This document shows, piece by piece, positions 61,005-64,000 of a DNA stretch of 64,000 nt; the stretch's first letter is position 1, and each line of letters starts with the position of its first letter. The translations under genes and the position numbers were made by a program. This stretch comes from an uncultured Gammaproteobacteria bacterium (lineage in GTDB: Bacteria; Pseudomonadota; Gammaproteobacteria; UBA9214): the NCBI GenBank assembly GCA_963773065.1, contig CAVYZN010000019.1:14247-78246 (forward strand), in the 5' to 3' direction. The notes below the pieces were generated by a model. That model had not been told where the DNA came from. It ran no database searches and saw only the letters and a list, made by a program, of their open reading frames with translations.

Positions 61005-61382
61005 TCAATGTAGCGGTGTGAAAGGTACCGCGACCTGCTTGCGGTAGTCCTCATCGTAGACCAGTTCAATGGTAACCTCTCCCGCGTCATCCCTGATTCT
61101 GACCTGTCTCAGATCCGGCTGGCGAACCGCCAGATAGCTGCACAGGGCGGCGGCCAGGGGCTCGTCGTTGCGCTTGATGGCATGCACCAGGTTGGCGGCG
61201 ACGAATTGCGCGCGCTGGTTCCGGTCGGGGTTGATGATCGATTCCTCGCCGATCCGGATACCCGTGTCCATCCGGGCATCCATCCTGTCCAGATAAACCG
61301 CCTGATAATCCGGCAAGGGCTGGTCGCGGTCATATTCCAGTTCCGCCAGATCGTTCAGCAGCACGGCCATGATATGGCTCAT
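61005..61382 (-). CDS. Hypothetical protein (~125 aa)
   Basis: GAGGGA lies ~5 nt upstream of the ATG at 61382. The frame is clean, acidic and soluble-looking. No family was recognised. Confidence 0.4.
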   Translation of the reverse strand: MSHIMAVLLNDLAELEYDRDQPLPDYQAVYLDRMDARMDTGIRIGEESIINPDRNQRAQFVAANLVHAIKRNDEPLAAALCSYLAVRQPDLRQVRIRDDAGEVTIELVYDEDYRKQVAVPFTPLH

Positions 61383-61585
61383 GGTTTCCCTCACCCCTCG
61401 TCGATTGCCGTCGCCGCGCCAGTATACCGTCCGGGCACACTGGCATGTGCACTACCGCGCTGTTACCCTGACATCTTGGCCCGGGTCGATTACCATCGAA
61501 ACGGCAACTTCCCTCGATATTCCGCTACACCCGGCAAGGCAAGCTGCCCGGCCGACTGACATACGCCCAGCAACGCACTGACCCC

Positions 61586-62605
61586 ATGCGCGTCATCACA
61601 CCAACCCGCGGCCGGCCTGCCGGTATCAACGGCCGCAGGCCGCCGCCGCCCGGTTCGGGATACCTCCGGTTCCGCCTGTTGCTGCTGCTCTGCTGCCTGC
61701 CGCCGGGTGCGGCCATGGCGCTTGAGCCGATGCCGGAAAAACCGCCGGCGGCGGCGATCAGTCACATCAACCGCCTCGCCGCGGCGCTTGTCGATGCCCC
61801 GGAGGCGATGCGCGCCGATTTCGCCGTGGCCGCCATCGCGGAGATGGTGGCGGACTATAACAAGGAGGCCGACCGCGCGCGGCGGGAGTCGCGCAGCCAT
61901 GCCAAAGACCGCGGCTTGGGACGTTGGGCAATCGCCGTGGATGCCTATGCCGCGGAACTCACGGCGATCGCCAACAGTGTGACTCCCGCCACGCCGGTGA
62001 GGGTGGCGGTCGGCGCGGATAACGGCATCTCCCTCGACATCGATGGCAAACAGGTGCTGGTGAGCAGCCCGCGGGTCAGGGAACAGTCGGCCTTTGAACG
62101 GCGCGTACTCGATCGCTTCTGTAATCTCTACCCGTGTGATGACCTCATCACCGAGTACCGGCCGCCGCAGCCGGCGGCAAGCACCGCGGACTCGGAAACC
62201 TACTGGAGTTTCAGCCAGCAGGCGGGCCCCGCCTGCAGCACCGGTGACGGCTTGGAATTCCAGTTCCAGGACATGACGGACCTCGGACAGAAACGCGAGG
62301 CCTGCGCGCGGATCGTCAAGGAACTGAACGCCCTCGCCGCGGCGCTTGCCTGGAATCTCTCCAACGGCAGCCGCATCGACTGGAACCGGCTCGCCATCCA
62401 TGCGCTGCCGGGGGAGGAGGAGCACCAGGTCGAACTGGCCGGCGACGGCGGCACCCTCCGCCTGCCGCTGCCCGCCCTCGCCGCGACGACGAAGCTCTTC
62501 GAGCTGGTGCGTCCCTGGCTGGCGGCGAAGGTGGGCGGGCAGCCGAGTTATCGGCTGGTGGTGATCAACGCCGACAGCCTCATGGCCCCGCTGATCCATC
62601 CCTGA
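61586..62605 (+). CDS. Hypothetical exported protein (339 aa)
   Basis: It has an Arg-rich N-terminus followed by the hydrophobic FRLLLLLCCLPPGAAMA. No recognised domain. Confidence 0.45.
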   Translation: MRVITPTRGRPAGINGRRPPPPGSGYLRFRLLLLLCCLPPGAAMALEPMPEKPPAAAISHINRLAAALVDAPEAMRADFAVAAIAEMVADYNKEADRARRESRSHAKDRGLGRWAIAVDAYAAELTAIANSVTPATPVRVAVGADNGISLDIDGKQVLVSSPRVREQSAFERRVLDRFCNLYPCDDLITEYRPPQPAASTADSETYWSFSQQAGPACSTGDGLEFQFQDMTDLGQKREACARIVKELNALAAALAWNLSNGSRIDWNRLAIHALPGEEEHQVELAGDGGTLRLPLPALAATTKLFELVRPWLAAKVGGQPSYRLVVINADSLMAPLIHP

Positions 62606-62684
62606 CCACCCGCCGCGCCCGGTTTTGCATCACGCGGAACCGGAGGAAACCTGCCGGTGTCCGGCTCACGGCGGCTCAACCCGG

Positions 62685-63740
62685 TCATGACGCGGCCCGC
62701 CGCAATTGTTCGAGGCGCTGCTCCTTCGGTAAAGCGCCGATCGCGGCCGCTGCCCGGTAGAAGGCCGCGAAATCGCCGCCGGTCTGCTGGAACAACTGCC
62801 GGAACAGTGGCACATAGTCGCGGTAGGTGCTCACTGCCGCCAGTTTCGCGTTGTTTAGCCCGGCGGCGAACCAGGCATCATAGCCGGCATAGCCACCCCA
62901 GGACTGTCGCAGATTTTCGTACGCCGCACGCATGGCCGCGAGGAGGCGTTGTTTCTCGCGACGCTTTTCCTCCGCCGTGGCCTCGCTCCCATACAGCGCC
63001 TGTAACTGCTCCCGCGTTCGCATCACCAGGTCGATGAAATCCTCCTGGCGACCGAGGAACAGGCGATATTCCGCGACCTCCGCCGCATTGCCGTTTGACT
63101 TCAGCCAGACACCCACCCCCTCGAGTTCCACGGTCATGGCGAAGCCCTCGTTGAAGGCCGTGTCATCCCCGATGTAAAGCTGTTGGTGCGCCAGCTCATG
63201 GAAGATCACCCCCGCGAGGCGCGCATCGCTGAAGCCGATCAGCGTGCTGAACACGGGATCGTCGAACCAGCCCAGCGTGGAATAGGCCACCGCCCCGCCG
63301 ACAGAGGTGTCGTAGCCCGCGGCGGCAAGCCCGTTCGCGTAGTCGCGCGCGGCGCTTTCCCGGAAATAGCCGCGGTAGCGCACGCAGCCCGCGATCGGAA
63401 AACACCACTCCTCAAGTTGCAGCGAAAACTCGGGTGCGGCGAAGACATTCCACACCGCGAAGGGCCGCTCCAGCTTCACATAGCTGGTATAGCTGCCGTT
63501 GTCCGGGAGTTTGAGCACCGCGCTCGCGTAGCGGCGGATGCGCACCACCGTTTCCAGCTTGTCCTTGAGTTCTTGTGACTGCGTATCGTCGTGCAGCAGC
63601 CGCGGTATCGGCTGGCGGCGGCCCAGCACATCCAGTTGGCCGCCTACCATCTGCGTGTAGTACCCAAGCGTGTTACAGGCGCTCAGTAAGAACGCCATGC
63701 CCGCCGCCAGCAGGAGATGCCATCGACAGGATGTGGTCAT
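62685..63740 (-). CDS. Putative lipoprotein aminopeptidase (zinc metalloprotease, DUF2268/PF10023-like)
   Basis: It has the lipobox LLSAC after the ATG at 63740, the HExxH motif in VIFHELAHQQLY, and FNEGFAMTVE downstream. Confidence 0.65.
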   Translation of the reverse strand: MTTSCRWHLLLAAGMAFLLSACNTLGYYTQMVGGQLDVLGRRQPIPRLLHDDTQSQELKDKLETVVRIRRYASAVLKLPDNGSYTSYVKLERPFAVWNVFAAPEFSLQLEEWCFPIAGCVRYRGYFRESAARDYANGLAAAGYDTSVGGAVAYSTLGWFDDPVFSTLIGFSDARLAGVIFHELAHQQLYIGDDTAFNEGFAMTVELEGVGVWLKSNGNAAEVAEYRLFLGRQEDFIDLVMRTREQLQALYGSEATAEEKRREKQRLLAAMRAAYENLRQSWGGYAGYDAWFAAGLNNAKLAAVSTYRDYVPLFRQLFQQTGGDFAAFYRAAAAIGALPKEQRLEQLRRAAS

Positions 63741-63847
63741 ACCTGCTACCCGCCGCGCTCTCGGTGGCAGGGCCGGTGTCACACCGGGAACACACTCCGG
63801 TGTGTCTCTCAGACGCGACCCCTCCCCTCCCCGGCCCGCAACCGCCG

Positions 63848-64000
63848 TCAGCGCAGCTCGAAGCGGCGGATGTCCTCGCTGGCGTAATTGGCCACCGTGC
63901 CGTCGATGACGGCCGTGGTCTTGATCCGCCGCACCGCCTCGGCGAGGCGCGCGCCCGGGATGGCGCAGGTCATCTCGGTGTTCGGCATGCCGGTGCGCAC
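63848..64000 (-). CDS. 3' end of a gene whose start lies outside the window (unknown function)
   Basis: The minus frame is open from the window edge: VRTGMPNTEMTCAIPGARLAEAVRRIKTTAVIDGTVANYASEDIRRFELR*, with TGA at 63850-63848. No family was recognised from 50 aa. Confidence 0.3.
   Translation of the reverse strand: MRTGMPNTEMTCAIPGARLAEAVRRIKTTAVIDGTVANYASEDIRRFELR

Overview
This is a 64-kb, visibly GC-rich bacterial chromosomal segment. The protein families look proteobacterial, probably gamma-type, but I cannot name the organism. I find about 55 protein-coding loci, one insertion sequence, and no rRNA gene, tRNA gene or CRISPR array. Gene content covers five groups. Membrane transport: an EamA/DMT exporter, a three-gene MgtE operon, an SLC13 permease and an ABC exporter remnant. 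Envelope: a GH17-GT2 NdvB-like glucan synthase. Proteases: S8, M14 and a GNAT-C39 fusion. Central metabolism: a pyruvate-kinase-like gene, PTS enzyme I-like, citrate synthase and a ~1,170-codon PEPCK-like giant gene. Toxin-antitoxin or defence-type modules: HicBA, MNT-HEPN, an AbiU2-like HEPN and tandem dynamin-like GTPases. Four points stand out. (1) About twenty loci are broken by 1-nt frameshifts, truncations, an internal deletion or insertions, while several very long ORFs (886, 1359, 591 aa) are intact. (2) gltA is split by a 582-bp almost pure G/A tract bracketed by a perfect 11-bp direct repeat. (3) An orphan Cas6/Cmx6-like gene sits 33 bp downstream of a ~1,360-aa polytopic membrane protein, next to an AT-richer islet with an uncharacterised 508-aa wHTH protein and an AbiU2-like HEPN gene. 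No other cas genes are in the window. (4) A ~600-bp hairpin-dense non-coding block at 47.06-47.66 kb fits no RNA family I could recognise. Every family assignment comes from motifs read in the ORF translations. No database search was run.
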